DNA from: an uncultured Candidatus Binatia bacterium
GTDB lineage: Bacteria > Desulfobacterota > Binatia > Binatales > Binataceae
DNA length: 64,000 nt
Assembly (NCBI GenBank): GCA_964429575.1
Contig: CAYSCX010000005.1
Coordinates: 75,564-139,563 of the forward strand
Direction of reading: 5' to 3'
Notes under the pieces: model-generated
The model's input: the letters and a program-made list of their open reading frames with translations, nothing else
What the model was told of the DNA's origin: nothing
Database searches by the model: none
Shown: positions 7,975 to 19,102 of the stretch, in pieces
Position numbering within the stretch: the first letter of the stretch is position 1
How the letters are laid out: the number at the start of each line of letters is the position of its first letter
Made by a program: the position numbers and the translations under genes

Positions 7975-9635
7975 GCAGCACCGTTCTCGACGACGCAATC
8001 GTTCCGGCGCGGGCGGTTGCCGAAGGTGAGGGCCTGCTCAGCTGGGTCGCTTCGGTCGATCACAAGAAGATCGGCCTGATGTACCTCATCTCCGGGTTCG
8101 TGTTCTTCGCGATCGGTGGTTTCGAAGCGTTGCTGATGCGCCTCCAGCTCGCATGGCCAAGGCTCAACGTGCTCGCGCCCGACACTTACAACCAGCTCTT
8201 CACGATGCACGGCACGACCATGATTTTTCTGGTCGCGACGCCGTTGCTGGTCGGAATCGCAACCTACTTGGTGCCGCTCATGATCGGCGCGCGCGATATG
8301 GCGTTCCCGCGCCTCAACGCGCTGAGCTTTTGGATTCAGGCGTTCGGCGGTGTGATGATGTACTTCAGCTTCATCGCGGGCGGTGCGCCCAACGTCGGCT
8401 GGTTCGCCTACGCGCCGCTCTCGCTCCGATCATTTTCGCCGCTCGCGGGCGTGGACTACTGGGCGTTCGGCCTGCTCGCGATCGGCATCGGCACGCTCGC
8501 CGCCGGCATCAACTTCATCGTGACCATTGTGACGCTCCGCGCGCCGGGCATGACCATGCGGCGGGTGCCGCTGTTCGTATGGATGATGTTCATCGACGCG
8601 TGGCTCATCCTGCTCGCGATGCCGGTGCTGAACGCATCACTGGTGCTTCTGCTCGTCGATCGATACATGGACGCCAACATCTTCAATGCCACCGCGGGCG
8701 GCTCCGCGGTTCTATGGCAGCACTACTTCTGGGCGTTTGGACATCCCGAAGTTTACATTCTGGTGCTGCCCGCTTTCGGCATCATTTCGGAAGTCATCCC
8801 GGTCTTCTCCGGCAAACCGATCTTCGGCTACGAGTTCGTCGCCGGCTCAACCCTGGTCATCGGGTTCCTGAGCTTTGCGGTCTGGGCGCATCACATGTTC
8901 GCGGTCGGTCTCGGCCATGCCTTCGACCTCGCATTCGCGGCGGGCACGATGCTTATCGCGGTGCCGACCGGTGTGAAAATCTTCAGTTGGACCGCGACCA
9001 TGTTCGGCGGACGCATCCGCTTCACTACCGCGATGCTCTTCGCGATCGGCTTCCTGGTGATGTTCACAATCGGCGGCTTAAGCGGCGTGACCTTCGCAGT
9101 GGTGCCGATCGATTGGCAGATGACCGACAGCTACTACGTCGTCGCGCACCTTCATTACGTGATGTTCGGCGGCACGGTCTTCGCCATCTTCGCGGGCTTC
9201 TACTACTGGTACCCGAAGTTCACCGGCCGGATGCTTTCCGAGAAGTGGGGCAGGGTGCATTTCTGGCTGACCGTCGTCGGCTTCAACGGCACGTTCCTCG
9301 TTCAACACCTGCTCGGCATGATGGGTATGCCGCGCCGCGTTTATACCTATCCCGATCTCCCGTGGTGGGGCTCGCTCAATTTCATTTCGACCGCCGGCGC
9401 CTTCACGCTCGGCGCGTCGGTACTGCTCTTCCTTTGGATCGTGTTCAGCTCGAGGCGCACTGGCACGCCCGCCGGTGACAATCCTTGGGGTGGATGGACG
9501 CTTGAGTGGGCGACTACCTCACCGCCGCCGGCGGAGAACTTCGATCTGGTGCCCCCGATTCGTGGACGCCGGCCGCTGTGGGATCTCACGCACCCGGACC
9601 GCACCGACGCGATCACGAGGGCACAGGCCAAATGA
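7971..9635 (+). CDS. coxA: cytochrome c oxidase subunit I
   Basis: 554 aa with 12 TM helices. Canonical heme-copper oxidase subunit I segments (…WFFGHPEVYIL…, …HHMF…, …YYVVAHFHYVM…). The GTG start overlaps the coxB stop (GTGA). Confidence 0.95.
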   Translation: MSSTVLDDAIVPARAVAEGEGLLSWVASVDHKKIGLMYLISGFVFFAIGGFEALLMRLQLAWPRLNVLAPDTYNQLFTMHGTTMIFLVATPLLVGIATYLVPLMIGARDMAFPRLNALSFWIQAFGGVMMYFSFIAGGAPNVGWFAYAPLSLRSFSPLAGVDYWAFGLLAIGIGTLAAGINFIVTIVTLRAPGMTMRRVPLFVWMMFIDAWLILLAMPVLNASLVLLLVDRYMDANIFNATAGGSAVLWQHYFWAFGHPEVYILVLPAFGIISEVIPVFSGKPIFGYEFVAGSTLVIGFLSFAVWAHHMFAVGLGHAFDLAFAAGTMLIAVPTGVKIFSWTATMFGGRIRFTTAMLFAIGFLVMFTIGGLSGVTFAVVPIDWQMTDSYYVVAHLHYVMFGGTVFAIFAGFYYWYPKFTGRMLSEKWGRVHFWLTVVGFNGTFLVQHLLGMMGMPRRVYTYPDLPWWGSLNFISTAGAFTLGASVLLFLWIVFSSRRTGTPAGDNPWGGWTLEWATTSPPPAENFDLVPPIRGRRPLWDLTHPDRTDAITRAQAK

Positions 9636-10189
9636 ACTATTCCAGGTCAAAACTCGGCGTCGGAATGTTCATCCTCTCCGAGGCAAACTTCTTCCTGCTT
9701 CTGGTCCTCGCGTACGTCTATTTCCACGCCTATCCCAACGGCGGACCCACCGCCGCCGGCAGCCTCGACCCGCTTCGCACCGGCGTCTTCTCGATCTTCC
9801 TGCTCGCGAGCAGCGCGACGATGTGGATGGCCGGGCGCCGCACGCATCGCGATGGTATCGCGGGACCCGGACCGTGGCTGATCGCCACCATTGTGCTCGG
9901 CTTCATCTTTATCGTTGGCCAAGGCGAGGAGTGGGTCGGCCTCATCCACAACGGCGTCACCGTCAGCCGCAATTTGTTCGGCACAACCTTCTTCACACTC
10001 ACCGGATTTCACGGCTTGCACGTGATCGTCGGTCTCATCGCGCTTGCGGCGCTCGCCGGCATCGTTATGGCCGGCAAGTTGCGCGGACGCGTCGAAGAGC
10101 CGCTCGAAGCAATCGGCATCTACTGGCACTTCGTGGACGCGGTCTGGATCGTCATATTCTCGATCATTTACCTGGGAGCGGCACGATGA
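9632..10189 (+). CDS. coxC: cytochrome c oxidase subunit III
   Basis: The ATG at 9632 overlaps the coxA stop (ATGA). It is a hydrophobic 5-TM protein with the subunit III-like motif …FFTLTGFHGLHVIVG…. Confidence 0.85.
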   Translation: MNYSRSKLGVGMFILSEANFFLLLVLAYVYFHAYPNGGPTAAGSLDPLRTGVFSIFLLASSATMWMAGRRTHRDGIAGPGPWLIATIVLGFIFIVGQGEEWVGLIHNGVTVSRNLFGTTFFTLTGFHGLHVIVGLIALAALAGIVMAGKLRGRVEEPLEAIGIYWHFVDAVWIVIFSIIYLGAAR

Positions 10190-11043
10190 CGGCCTACCAA
10201 TTCCTGCTCACCGAATGGCACTTCGAGCCGTCGATCATCACGGGATGCGCGGCGCTGCTCGCCGGGTACTGGCTGACGCATCGCGGCGACCTCGCGCGCG
10301 CTGCATGGTTCGTCGCGGGTGTCGCAGTAATCGCGCTGGCACTGCTCTCGCCACTCGACCCGCTCGCCGACGAGTACCTCTTCAGCGCCCACATGGTGCA
10401 GCACATGCTGCTCGTGCTCGTCGCACCGCCGTTTCTGCTGCTCGGAATCACGGCGGCCGATGTGCGCGCGATCCTGCGGGTTCCCGCTCTTGCCGCCTCG
10501 CAAAGGGTGTTCGGCAGTCCAATCATCGCGTGGACCATCGGCACCGCGACGTTATGCGTGTGGCACATCCCCGCTCTCTACGATGCCGCGCTTCGCGCGC
10601 AGTGGCTGCACATTTTCGAGCACCTCTCCTTCCTCGGCACTGGCACCATCTTCTGGTGGCCCGTCATCGCGCCGCTGCGCGCACAGCGCCTCACTGCGCC
10701 CGCCGCGCTGCTTTATCTCGCGGCAGGGGCGCTCGCAGGGAGCGTGCTCGGTATAGTCATCACGTTTGCGAGGCCCGGAACGTACACCGCATACCTTGAT
10801 CCTCCCGACACGCACGGCATCCTGGCGTTGTTGCGTGGCGCGTGGGGCATTACGCCGGCCTTCGACCAGCAACTAGGTGGTCTCCTGATGTGGACGGCGG
10901 GTGCGCCGGTATTCCTGCTCGCGATGCTCGCGGTGCTCGCGCGTTGGTATCGTGAACCCGAACCTGACGAACCCGCGGGGAATTGTCTTACTCGCGATCA
11001 CGAACACACAGCTGTGGCTGCTCATGGAGTTGGCGCGCGGTGA
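10186..11043 (+). CDS. ctaG: caa3-type cytochrome oxidase assembly factor CtaG (Caa3_CtaG family) membrane protein
   Basis: The ATG at 10186 overlaps the coxC stop (ATGA). It is a multi-TM protein with the conserved …HMVQHMLLVLVAPPFLLLG… motif. Only the 3' part of track ORF 9475..11043 is coding. Confidence 0.7.
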   Translation: MTAYQFLLTEWHFEPSIITGCAALLAGYWLTHRGDLARAAWFVAGVAVIALALLSPLDPLADEYLFSAHMVQHMLLVLVAPPFLLLGITAADVRAILRVPALAASQRVFGSPIIAWTIGTATLCVWHIPALYDAALRAQWLHIFEHLSFLGTGTIFWWPVIAPLRAQRLTAPAALLYLAAGALAGSVLGIVITFARPGTYTAYLDPPDTHGILALLRGAWGITPAFDQQLGGLLMWTAGAPVFLLAMLAVLARWYREPEPDEPAGNCLTRDHEHTAVAAHGVGAR

Positions 11044-11267
11044 CTCCGGAAGAACGCAACGACATTGCGGCGAATTCGCGCGAGGGTTGGAGCGTGCCCA
11101 AGCCCGAGCGCCTCCCAGCGCTTACCTATGCGCCCGCCGCACTCGCGCTCGGAATTACATTCGCCTGTTTCGGCGTGCTCACGTCTTATCTGTTCTGCTG
11201 GGTCGGAGTTGGACTGATGACGCTCGCGATCTGGAGATGGGTTGGAGAACTAGTGCGTGGCGAATGA
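11040..11267 (+). CDS. small 2-TM membrane protein. The GTG start is coupled to the ctaG stop. It could be an oxidase- or bc-associated subunit.
   Basis: GTG at 11040 overlaps the ctaG TGA (GTGA). The 75-aa product has two hydrophobic helices (…LALGITFACFGVLTSYLFCWVGVGLMTLAIW…). It terminates 10 nt after the Rieske gene start. Confidence 0.4.
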   Translation: MTPEERNDIAANSREGWSVPKPERLPALTYAPAALALGITFACFGVLTSYLFCWVGVGLMTLAIWRWVGELVRGE

Positions 11268-11775
11268 AACCAAAAAAGAGGGTGCCGGCGAACCGCTCAG
11301 CCCGCAGCGGCGCCGCTTCCTTGCGCGCCTGAGTATCGCGGCCGGCGCGGTTGCCGTTGCGATGGTTGGAGTTCCCGTGGTCGGTTTTATCATTGGGCCG
11401 CTGCTCCGCAAGATGCCCGAAACCTGGCGCGCCATTGGTCCCGTCCAGAATTTTGCGATCGGCGAAACCGTGAAGGTGAGCTTCCGCGACCCGACGCCGC
11501 TCGCATGGGCGGGAATCACCGCGGAAACCGGCGCATGGCTCCGCCGTGACAGCGACAGCGAGTTCACCGCCTTCGCGCTCAACTGCACGCATCTTGGTTG
11601 CCCGGTGCGCTGGCTCGACAAAGCCAACCTCTTCATATGCCCGTGTCACGGCGGCGTCTTTTACCGCGACGGTGGCGTTGCGGGCGGTCCTCCGCCGCGC
11701 CCGCTCTTCAAATACGCGGTCAGAATCAACCACGGCCAGGTCGAGATTCTCGCTGGCCCCGTGAAGATCGGCTAG
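11257..11775 (+). CDS. qcrA: Rieske [2Fe-2S] iron-sulfur subunit of a cytochrome bc-type complex (Tat-exported)
   Basis: Twin-arginine motif RRRFL followed by a TM anchor. Rieske boxes CTHLGC and CPCHGG. Confidence 0.85.
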   Translation: MANETKKEGAGEPLSPQRRRFLARLSIAAGAVAVAMVGVPVVGFIIGPLLRKMPETWRAIGPVQNFAIGETVKVSFRDPTPLAWAGITAETGAWLRRDSDSEFTAFALNCTHLGCPVRWLDKANLFICPCHGGVFYRDGGVAGGPPPRPLFKYAVRINHGQVEILAGPVKIG

Positions 11776-11787
11776 CCCGGACGCTGC

Positions 11788-13209
11788 GTGCTGAAACGGC
11801 TGCTCATCCAGTTGCGCGACGCTTTCGAGGAGCGCACCGGGCTTGGCAAGGTCCTCGCCGACCTCGCCAGCCATCCGGTGCCGCCGGACACGGGCTGGTG
11901 GTATGTGTTCGGCAGCGCGACGCTGGTCGCATTTGCGATTCAAGTCGTCACCGGCATGGCGCTCGCGACCGCCTACATCTCATCGAGCGGCGACGCGTAC
12001 CAGGCGCTCGAGTTCATCACCAACCAGGCGCTGCTCGGCAACCTGCTCCGCGGGATGCACTACTTCGGCGCGTCCGCGATGGTGCTGCTGGTCGGCATCC
12101 ACATGGCGCAGGTCTTCTTGATGGGATGCTACAAGTACCCGCGCGAAGTGAACTGGCTGACCGGCGTCGTCCTGCTCTTCCTCACGCTCGGGATGGGATT
12201 CACCGGTCAGTTGCTCCGCTGGGACCAGAACGCAGTGTGGTCGGTGATGGTCGGCGCGCAGCAGGCCGGCCGCACGCCGATCATCGGTGAAGCGCTCGCG
12301 TTTTTCATTCTCGGTGGCAAGACCCTTGGCGGCGCGACGCTCTCGCGCTTCTTCGCTGCCCACGTGTTCTTCATTCCGGCGGTCATCTTTCTCATCGTCG
12401 CGATCCATCTGTATCTCGTCATTCACGACGGCATCTCGGAGCCGCCAGTCGCCGGCGAACCGGTGGAACCTGCCGCCTACCGCTCCCGCTACGAGAAGTT
12501 GATCAAAGAACGGGGCGTCGCATTCTGGCCCGATGTGGCCTGGCGCGACGCCGTCGCGGCGTTGCTCGTCGTCGCGTCCGTCGTATTGCTCGCGTGGATC
12601 GTCGGTCCGCCGCAGCTCGACCTGCCTCCCGATCCCAGCGCACTCGCCCGCGACCCGCGCCCCGACTGGTACCTGGTCTGGTACTACGCGGTGCTCGCAC
12701 TGATTCCGCACGGACTGACCACCTGGGTTATCCTGCTCGCACCGCTGGTCGGAATTCTCGTGCTGATCTCCGTGCCGTTCATCTCAAATCGAGGTGAGCG
12801 CCATCCGCTTCGACGTCCGTGGGCTATCGGCGCCGTCCTGATGATTGTGATGATGATCGCGACGCTCTGGATCGAGGGGACGCGCGCGCCGTGGTCGCCC
12901 GACCTCGACGCCAAACCGCTCCCCGCGCACGTAGTCGGCACTACCACCGGCCCACTCGCAGCGGCCGCGAAACTCTTTTACGACCGCGGCTGCGAGTACT
13001 GCCACGAAATCGACGGCTACGGCGGCAAGCGCGGCCCCGACCTCACCTACATCGGCGACCGGCTCGACAAGTCCCAAATCGTAATCACGATAATGAACGG
13101 CGGCTACAACATGCCCGCCTACGCAAGCGTGCTCACGCCCGAGGAAGTCGAAGACCTCTCGATCTTTCTAAGCGCGCGAAAGCGCCGATACTCCGCCGCC
13201 GCCCGCTGA
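11788..13209 (+). CDS. qcrB: cytochrome b fused to a C-terminal mono-heme cytochrome c domain (bc-complex cytochrome b/c fusion)
   Basis: N-terminal cytochrome b with heme-ligand histidines and 8-9 TM helices (GWWYVFGS…, …HYFGASAMVLLVGIHMAQVF…, …HVFFIP…). C-terminal soluble domain with CEYCH heme-c site and a downstream Met ligand region (…IMNGGYNMPAY…). Confidence 0.85.
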   Translation: MLKRLLIQLRDAFEERTGLGKVLADLASHPVPPDTGWWYVFGSATLVAFAIQVVTGMALATAYISSSGDAYQALEFITNQALLGNLLRGMHYFGASAMVLLVGIHMAQVFLMGCYKYPREVNWLTGVVLLFLTLGMGFTGQLLRWDQNAVWSVMVGAQQAGRTPIIGEALAFFILGGKTLGGATLSRFFAAHVFFIPAVIFLIVAIHLYLVIHDGISEPPVAGEPVEPAAYRSRYEKLIKERGVAFWPDVAWRDAVAALLVVASVVLLAWIVGPPQLDLPPDPSALARDPRPDWYLVWYYAVLALIPHGLTTWVILLAPLVGILVLISVPFISNRGERHPLRRPWAIGAVLMIVMMIATLWIEGTRAPWSPDLDAKPLPAHVVGTTTGPLAAAAKLFYDRGCEYCHEIDGYGGKRGPDLTYIGDRLDKSQIVITIMNGGYNMPAYASVLTPEEVEDLSIFLSARKRRYSAAAR

Positions 13210-13227
13210 TACGCCAGCTTCACCCAC

Positions 13228-13447
13228 CAGGGTGTTGAGGAGAGCTGCGCGGTCCGCCCTCTCCGACCTCTCCCTGTCCACGTAGGGGCGCATGGCCGTG
13301 CGCCCTTCCCTCCACCAACCCGACCAACGGGAACGATCCTCCAGCCAACCTTCGACTTCCTGCGCTTGGCAGTCGCCTCTCTCGCCGCGGTCCGGTTCCC
13401 CTTCTCACAGTTCCCCTTCCCTTTAGGGAAGGGGTCAGGGGTTAGGT
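13228..13447. repeat. cluster of short palindromic repeat modules in intergenic DNA (copy set A)
   Basis: Contains CAGGGTGTTGAGGA (13228-13242). Contains GTAGGGGCGCATGGCCGTGCGCCCTTCC…CCCGACCAACGGGAACGATCC (13281-13339). Contains TTCCCCTTCCCTTTAGGGAAGGGGTCAGGGGTTAGGT (13411-13447), with a partial duplication at 13395-13405. Each module recurs at 22.4-23.6 kb. Confidence 0.6.
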
Positions 13448-13771
13448 AGGTCGCGGCTCGCTACGCTCTCCCTGACTTGGGACAGGCCGAATACTGTCGA
13501 TGCGCTTAGCAAGACTCGTTAGGTGGCGATGAGCGACAAGGGTCTGCGAGTCACCGTCGGAAATTTGCCGCCGACGCGATCTCGGCGGTGGGCACCCGAC
13601 GCCTGCCATCACCGCTCAAACGTAGCAGTTGCCTTCGCCTGCCCGTCAAAGCGGTGTGCTGCTTCATATTGGCCGGAACGGCGCCGGCGCAGTATCCGAA
13701 AAATCGAGCGTTGGCACGCCATGCATATCGTCGAGCGGAGAGGAACGTCCCGTGCGGTCGGAGGAGGAGGA

Positions 13772-16453
13772 ATGGCGATGTCAGAGGCGCGCGATCGCGG
13801 CGTCCCGGTAAAGGACACTCCACCGGCGCCGGCGCTCGGACGGCTCGTAGTTCGCACGCCGCCCCGGCAAGGATTGCCACGCTCGCGCAAAGGTGCGGCT
13901 GCCGACGCCGCGGTCAACCCACACTCGGAGGCGGCAGGTGAGAACATCGAATCGCCAGCGCCGGTCGCATCCGCAGACGCGGTCGCACATCCGTTTGCCG
14001 CTGACGATCTCTCATTCCTTAAGCTCGTTCTTGCAAGCGTGGGTGCGGCGATCCTCGTGTTGGACCGCAAAGGCGGTGCGGTGTTCGTGAACCGCGAGGC
14101 CCATGAGTTGTTTCGCGTTTCCGGCGAGCCCGGCGCCGGGATTGAGGTCGAGGCTCCCATGCTCCAGCTCGCCGCTGACGGAGTCACCCCGCTCGACCCG
14201 CGAGATCGTCCCATCATGCGCGCTCTCGTCGGCGAGCTGGTTGACGGCGAAGAGATCTGCATTCGCCACGCCGGGAGCGATGCGCCTCAGTGGCTCATGG
14301 CCAACGCCCGGCCGATCGTCGGCCCCGACGCCCGCATACTCGGCGCGGTCGGCCTGTACATCCGTATCGATTCACCCAAGGCGCGCAAAAAATCGCTCCT
14401 GAAGGCGCGCGACGCAGCCCTCATCGCTGCCGGCGCCAAGACCGAGTTCATGGCTAACATGAGCCACGAAATCCGCACCCCGCTGAGCGCGATCGTCGGA
14501 ATGACCCGCCTGCTGCTCGATTCCAAGCTCTCCGCCGAGCAGCGCGAGTTTGCTGAAACCGTGGGCCTTAGCGTCGATTCGCTGATCTCCATAGTCAACG
14601 ATGTCCTCGATTTCTCCAAGATCACCGCGGGCAAGCTCAAGCTGGAGACGGTCGAGTTCAGCCCGATCGGGGTCATCGAAAGCGTCGTTGAGACGTTCGC
14701 CGCGCAAGCCCTCGCCAAACACATTGAGCTCGCCTCCACTGTCCACGGCGAGGTGCCCACCGCGGTCATCGGCGACCCCTCGCGCCTGCGCCAGGTGCTC
14801 ACCAATCTCGTCGGCAACGCGATCAAGTTCACCGAGCACGGAAGCGTGCTCGTCGAGCTCAACCGCGAACCCGTCACCGCGGATCAAGTCGTGCTCCGCT
14901 TCAGCGTGCGCGACACCGGTATCGGAATTTCGCGCGCCGATCAGCGCCGTCTCTTTCAGCCTTTCTCCCAGGCCGAAACCTCTACCACTCGAATGTACGG
15001 TGGCACCGGGCTTGGCCTCGCCATCTGTACGCGTCTCGTCGAGCTCATGTCCGGTTCAATCGGTGTCCAAAGCGCGCCGGGCGAGGGCTCCACGTTCTGG
15101 TTCACCGTCCCGTTTCACACTCCCGACACCGCATCGACGCTCGCCGATGAAGCCGTCGCCGAACTTGCCGGCCTTCGAGTGTTGATCGCCGATGACAGCA
15201 GGTTCGTCGCATCGGCGTTGTGCCAACAGCTCGTCTCGTGGAGCCTTGATTCCGAACGCGCAAGCTCCGCCGCCGAAACGCTCGACCTGCTCCGCGCTGC
15301 TGCCGCCGGGCACCGCCCGTTCGACGTCGTCCTCATCGGGACTGAGATCGGCGGTGGCGGCGCAATCGCGCTCGCCAAAACCATCCGCTCGGCGCCCGAC
15401 GTTGGCCGGCCGCGCTTGGTCGCGACCTACCCGCTTGGGCACCGCCCCAATGAACGCCAGATGCGCGACGCCGGCCTGTGTTCGTGGATCGCCAAGCCGA
15501 TGCGCCCGTCACAGCTCTTGAACCGCCTTGCCGGGGCGATGGCGCAAACCCACAGCGCGAACGTCCGCGCTCCGACCGCCGCCGACACCGTGAGGGCCCC
15601 CTCGCGCCGCCGCACCGCACTGCTCTCTGACCAGCAACGCAATGATGCGCGCATCCTGCTCGCCGAAGATCACGCCATCAATCAGCGCGTCGCGCTCATG
15701 ATGCTCAAGAAGCTCGGCTATCACGCGCATGCGGTCGCAAACGGCCGCGAGGTCATCAACGCGCTCAACACGCATCCTTATGACCTCGTGCTCATGGACT
15801 GCCAAATGCCCGATCTCGACGGCTACGAAGCGACCCGCCGGATCCGCCAGACGGCGGCCGAGTATCGGCACATCCCGATCGTGGGCGTTACCGCTCATGC
15901 CCTCGAAGGCGATCGCGAGAAATGTCTTGCCGCCGGAATGGATGATTACTTGACCAAGCCCATCCTGCCCGAAAAGCTGGGCGAGACTGTCGAACGCTGG
16001 CTTGCGCATTGTGCCGCGCGCAATCTCTCGCCCGGCAACGGGCAGCCGACCGCGCCTAACCCGTCAAATTCATCAACGGAGCGCACCGTTGATGTTTCTC
16101 TGATCGAAGCCATCGGCGGGTCCGGCCCGTCGGGCGATGCTTCCTTCGTTGGCGAGCTTATCGACGCGTTCCTCGAAGACCTCGACACCCGCATCGCGCA
16201 AATAAAATCTGACCTCGCCGATTGTGAACTGGTCCGCATCACGCACAACGCCCACGCGCTCAAGGGCAGCGCCGGTCATTTCGGAGCCGCCGCGCTGATC
16301 TGCCGGCTCGCCACACTCGAAACCTTGGTGCGTGAAGATCGACGCGATCAGATTGCGGCGGCAATTGGTGCGGTCGAACGCGAGGCCGCATCAGTGAAGC
16401 GCGCGCTCGTGGCGATCCGTCCCCGCCGCTCCCATCGCGAAACGGACAAGTGA
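13772..16453 (+). CDS. hybrid sensor histidine kinase (PAS - HisKA - HATPase_c - pseudo-receiver - receiver - Hpt)
   Basis: The ATG at 13772 is directly preceded by GGAGGAGGAGG. H-box [19 protein letters not shown]-box GTGLGLAI, receiver with [11 protein letters not shown] and a C-terminal Hpt ([15 protein letters not shown]). The track ORF from 13523 adds an Arg-rich, low-complexity extension that is unlikely to be translated. Confidence 0.85.
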   Translation: MAMSEARDRGVPVKDTPPAPALGRLVVRTPPRQGLPRSRKGAAADAAVNPHSEAAGENIESPAPVASADAVAHPFAADDLSFLKLVLASVGAAILVLDRKGGAVFVNREAHELFRVSGEPGAGIEVEAPMLQLAADGVTPLDPRDRPIMRALVGELVDGEEICIRHAGSDAPQWLMANARPIVGPDARILGAVGLYIRIDSPKARKKSLLKARDAALIAAGAKTEFMANMSHEIRTPLSAIVGMTRLLLDSKLSAEQREFAETVGLSVDSLISIVNDVLDFSKITAGKLKLETVEFSPIGVIESVVETFAAQALAKHIELASTVHGEVPTAVIGDPSRLRQVLTNLVGNAIKFTEHGSVLVELNREPVTADQVVLRFSVRDTGIGISRADQRRLFQPFSQAETSTTRMYGGTGLGLAICTRLVELMSGSIGVQSAPGEGSTFWFTVPFHTPDTASTLADEAVAELAGLRVLIADDSRFVASALCQQLVSWSLDSERASSAAETLDLLRAAAAGHRPFDVVLIGTEIGGGGAIALAKTIRSAPDVGRPRLVATYPLGHRPNERQMRDAGLCSWIAKPMRPSQLLNRLAGAMAQTHSANVRAPTAADTVRAPSRRRTALLSDQQRNDARILLAEDHAINQRVALMMLKKLGYHAHAVANGREVINALNTHPYDLVLMDCQMPDLDGYEATRRIRQTAAEYRHIPIVGVTAHALEGDREKCLAAGMDDYLTKPILPEKLGETVERWLAHCAARNLSPGNGQPTAPNPSNSSTERTVDVSLIEAIGGSGPSGDASFVGELIDAFLEDLDTRIAQIKSDLADCELVRITHNAHALKGSAGHFGAAALICRLATLETLVREDRRDQIAAAIGAVEREAASVKRALVAIRPRRSHRETDK

Positions 16454-18669
16454 TCGCGATGCCGATCACGTCGCCTCGGAGCTTCGCGTGGCCAATCTGG
16501 GCCGGCTTCGCACTGACGCTGGCGACCCTGGCCGTCGTCGGCGCGGTTTCATACCGGACCACCGCCGACGTCGCAGCCAGTAGCAGCCTGGTCGGCCGCA
16601 CTCACGTTGTGATCGAGACGCTTCAGGAGTTACAGACAGCCATCGACGCGGCCGAGAGCCGTCACCGCGGATACTTGCTCACCGGCGATCCATACTTCCG
16701 CAGGCCGGCGGCCCCCGAGGTGGCCGTAACGGCCGAGCGGCTCATCGAGAAAGCGCGTAACCTGATTCGAGATCAAAATCAGCAACGGCGCCTTGAGCTG
16801 CTTCGCCCGCTAATCGCGGCGCGACTCACGCTTTTCGATCAAATCCTCGCGGTTCGAGATGCCGACGGACTTCAAGCTTCCGTTCGCTACATCGTGGCGC
16901 ACCGCCCATGGGTAGTCACGGCCACCATCAAGCAGCGGATCGGCGAGGCGATTGCCGAAGAGCACCGGCTGCTCGACGAGCGCGATAGCGGCGCGCGTGC
17001 AACCGCGCGCACCGCGCTGAATGTGGACGTGTACGGCACCTTGGCAGCCCTCGCGTTCGTGCTGTTCGCTGGCGTGTTCATTCAGCGCGCGCTTTCCAGG
17101 CGCCGCGAGGCGGCTTTCCTTGCCGAGCAACGCACCGCGGCGCTCGAACAGTCCGAGCGCGAACTTCAGTTGCAAATCACAATGGTCCAGCGGGGTAGGG
17201 CCCGTTTCGGCCAACTCCTGGCGACCGCCCCGGATGCGATGGTGGCGATTAACGAGAGCGGTAAAGTCGCCCTGTTTAACGGCCTCGCTGAACAGGTCTT
17301 CGGCTACTCCGCCGCGGAGGTTGTAGGCAGACCGATCGAGTTGCTGCTGCCCGAGCGTTTCCGCTCTCGTCACGAGGGCCACCGGACCGGTTTCTTCGCC
17401 GATCCACGCCCGCGTCTGATGGGCGAGGGACTCGACCTGTTCGCACGACGCAAGGACGGCACGGAATTTCCCGCGGATGTGCAGCTGAGTCCGATCGAGA
17501 GCGACAATGGAATGCTCGTTCTGAGCACGATTCGCGATCTGACCGAACGCAAGCGCGCTCAGCAGACGCAGGCGCTGCTCGCATCGCTCGTTGAGACCTC
17601 ACAATACGCCATCGTCACGCACAACATCGATGGTGTGGTGACGACGTGGAACGAGGGCGCAGAGCGGCTCTACGGCCGTAATCAAACCGAGGTCATCGGC
17701 CGATCGGTGGACGAGATGATTCCGCCCCAGGAGTCCGCCAACATCGCGGGACACTACCAGAGCTTGAAGGACGGACAGGGCATGCAGGAATTTGAGACCC
17801 GGCTGCTGAGGAAGGACGGCGCGCTGGTCGAAGTATCCATGGCGATGTCCCCGATCCACGACGCGCGCGGAATCATCGTCGCGTATTCAACGCTTAGCAA
17901 CGATATCACCGAGCGCAAGCGCGCCGAGCGTGCCTTGCTCGATAGGTCGGAGGAACTCGCACGCTCCAACGCCGAACTCGAGCAATTCGCCTACGCGGCC
18001 TCGCACGACCTCCAGGAGCCGCTCCGAATGGTCGCGAGCTACGTCGAGCTGCTCGCGCGCCGTTACAAGGGCCGCCTCGATAACGATGCTGACGAGTTCA
18101 TCAACTTCGCGGTTGACGGCGCGCGGAGAATGAAACGGCTCATCAACGATCTGCTTACCTACTCGCGGGCGGGACGTGGCCGCGCGCTGGAACCGGTCCG
18201 CCTCGACGAGGCTGTGCAACACGCGCTGACCAATCTCGCGCTGAACATCGAAGAAACCGGGGCCATGGTTACTTGTGATGCAATGCCAACCGTGAGCGGT
18301 GACGAATCGCAACTCACCGAGCTTGTGCAAAATCTGGTCGCCAACGCGATTAAATTCTGCGGGGAAAACCCGCCCGCCGTCCACATCTCGGCTGCGCGCA
18401 AAGGTTCGTCGTGGCTCATCTCGGTGCGCGACAACGGCATCGGCATCTCATCCGAATACGCCGAACGGATCTTCGTGATGTTTCAGCGCCTCCACGGCCC
18501 ATCGGATTACCCCGGAACCGGAATCGGCCTTGCCATCTGCAAACGGATCGTCGAGCGCCACGGCGGGAAGATCTGGATGGAATCGCTTCCGGGGCAGGGG
18601 ACGACATTCTACTTCACATTGCCCGCCAGGGCGGGAGACGGGGACCATGCAAAAGAACATCAGAGCTAA
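16450..18669 (+). CDS. membrane sensor histidine kinase (CHASE3-like periplasmic domain - PAS - PAS - HisKA - HATPase_c)
   Basis: N-terminal TM, a roughly 180-aa extracytoplasmic domain and a second TM. Two PAS domains each end in …[10 protein letters not shown]-box is [11 protein letters not shown] (phytochrome-type HisKA) and the HATPase_c motif is [18 protein letters not shown]. The start overlaps the previous stop (GTGA). Confidence 0.85.
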   Translation: MIAMPITSPRSFAWPIWAGFALTLATLAVVGAVSYRTTADVAASSSLVGRTHVVIETLQELQTAIDAAESRHRGYLLTGDPYFRRPAAPEVAVTAERLIEKARNLIRDQNQQRRLELLRPLIAARLTLFDQILAVRDADGLQASVRYIVAHRPWVVTATIKQRIGEAIAEEHRLLDERDSGARATARTALNVDVYGTLAALAFVLFAGVFIQRALSRRREAAFLAEQRTAALEQSERELQLQITMVQRGRARFGQLLATAPDAMVAINESGKVALFNGLAEQVFGYSAAEVVGRPIELLLPERFRSRHEGHRTGFFADPRPRLMGEGLDLFARRKDGTEFPADVQLSPIESDNGMLVLSTIRDLTERKRAQQTQALLASLVETSQYAIVTHNIDGVVTTWNEGAERLYGRNQTEVIGRSVDEMIPPQESANIAGHYQSLKDGQGMQEFETRLLRKDGALVEVSMAMSPIHDARGIIVAYSTLSNDITERKRAERALLDRSEELARSNAELEQFAYAASHDLQEPLRMVASYVELLARRYKGRLDNDADEFINFAVDGARRMKRLINDLLTYSRAGRGRALEPVRLDEAVQHALTNLALNIEETGAMVTCDAMPTVSGDESQLTELVQNLVANAIKFCGENPPAVHISAARKGSSWLISVRDNGIGISSEYAERIFVMFQRLHGPSDYPGTGIGLAICKRIVERHGGKIWMESLPGQGTTFYFTLPARAGDGDHAKEHQS

Positions 18670-19102
18670 ACCCGCGAATATCCTGCTGGTTGAGGACAAT
18701 CCGGGCGACGTGAGGTTGACCGTGGAGATCTTCACGGAGGGCAAGGTCATCAACAGCCTGGCGGTGGTCTCGGACGGCGTCGAAGCGATGGAGTTTATGC
18801 GCCGGCAAGGGCGCCACTCCCGCGCGATGCGTCCGGATCTGGTCCTGCTCGATCTCAACCTGCCCCGCAAGGATGGCCGCACCGTACTTGCGGAAATGAA
18901 GGCCGATCCCGACCTGAGGCGAATCCCGGTCGTGATCCTCACGACCTCGCAGGCCGAGTCGGACATCCTAAAGAGCTACGAGTCCCACGCGAATTGCTAC
19001 ATCAGCAAGCCGGTCGCGCTCGAGGAATTTATCGACGTGGTGCGCCAGATCGAGGGCTTCTGGCTCACCATCGTCAAGCTGCCCTCGGACCAAACAGCAT
19101 GA
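18647..19102 (+). CDS. single-domain response regulator (CheY-like receiver, Rcp1-type)
   Basis: ATG at 18647. Receiver signature LLVEDNPGD…[10 protein letters not shown]…K. There is no output domain. It overlaps the upstream kinase 3' end by 23 nt. Confidence 0.85.
   Translation: MQKNIRAKPANILLVEDNPGDVRLTVEIFTEGKVINSLAVVSDGVEAMEFMRRQGRHSRAMRPDLVLLDLNLPRKDGRTVLAEMKADPDLRRIPVVILTTSQAESDILKSYESHANCYISKPVALEEFIDVVRQIEGFWLTIVKLPSDQTA

Noticed and set aside
8153-9478. 441-aa +strand ORF in an alternative frame within coxA
   Set aside because: It is same-strand out-of-frame overlap with cytochrome oxidase subunit I. The translation is Arg-rich nonsense. coxA frame carries the canonical motifs.
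9475-10185. 5' part of track ORF 9475..11043 overlapping coxC
   Set aside because: Only the segment from the ATG at 10186 (coupled to the coxC stop) encodes the CtaG-like membrane protein. The upstream part is an Arg-rich out-of-frame read-through of coxC.
13523-13771. Upstream extension of the first hybrid kinase (track start 13523)
   Set aside because: The extension is Arg/Cys-rich with no domain. The ATG at 13772 has a perfect GGAGGAGGAGG SD. The region is better explained as repeat-containing non-coding leader.
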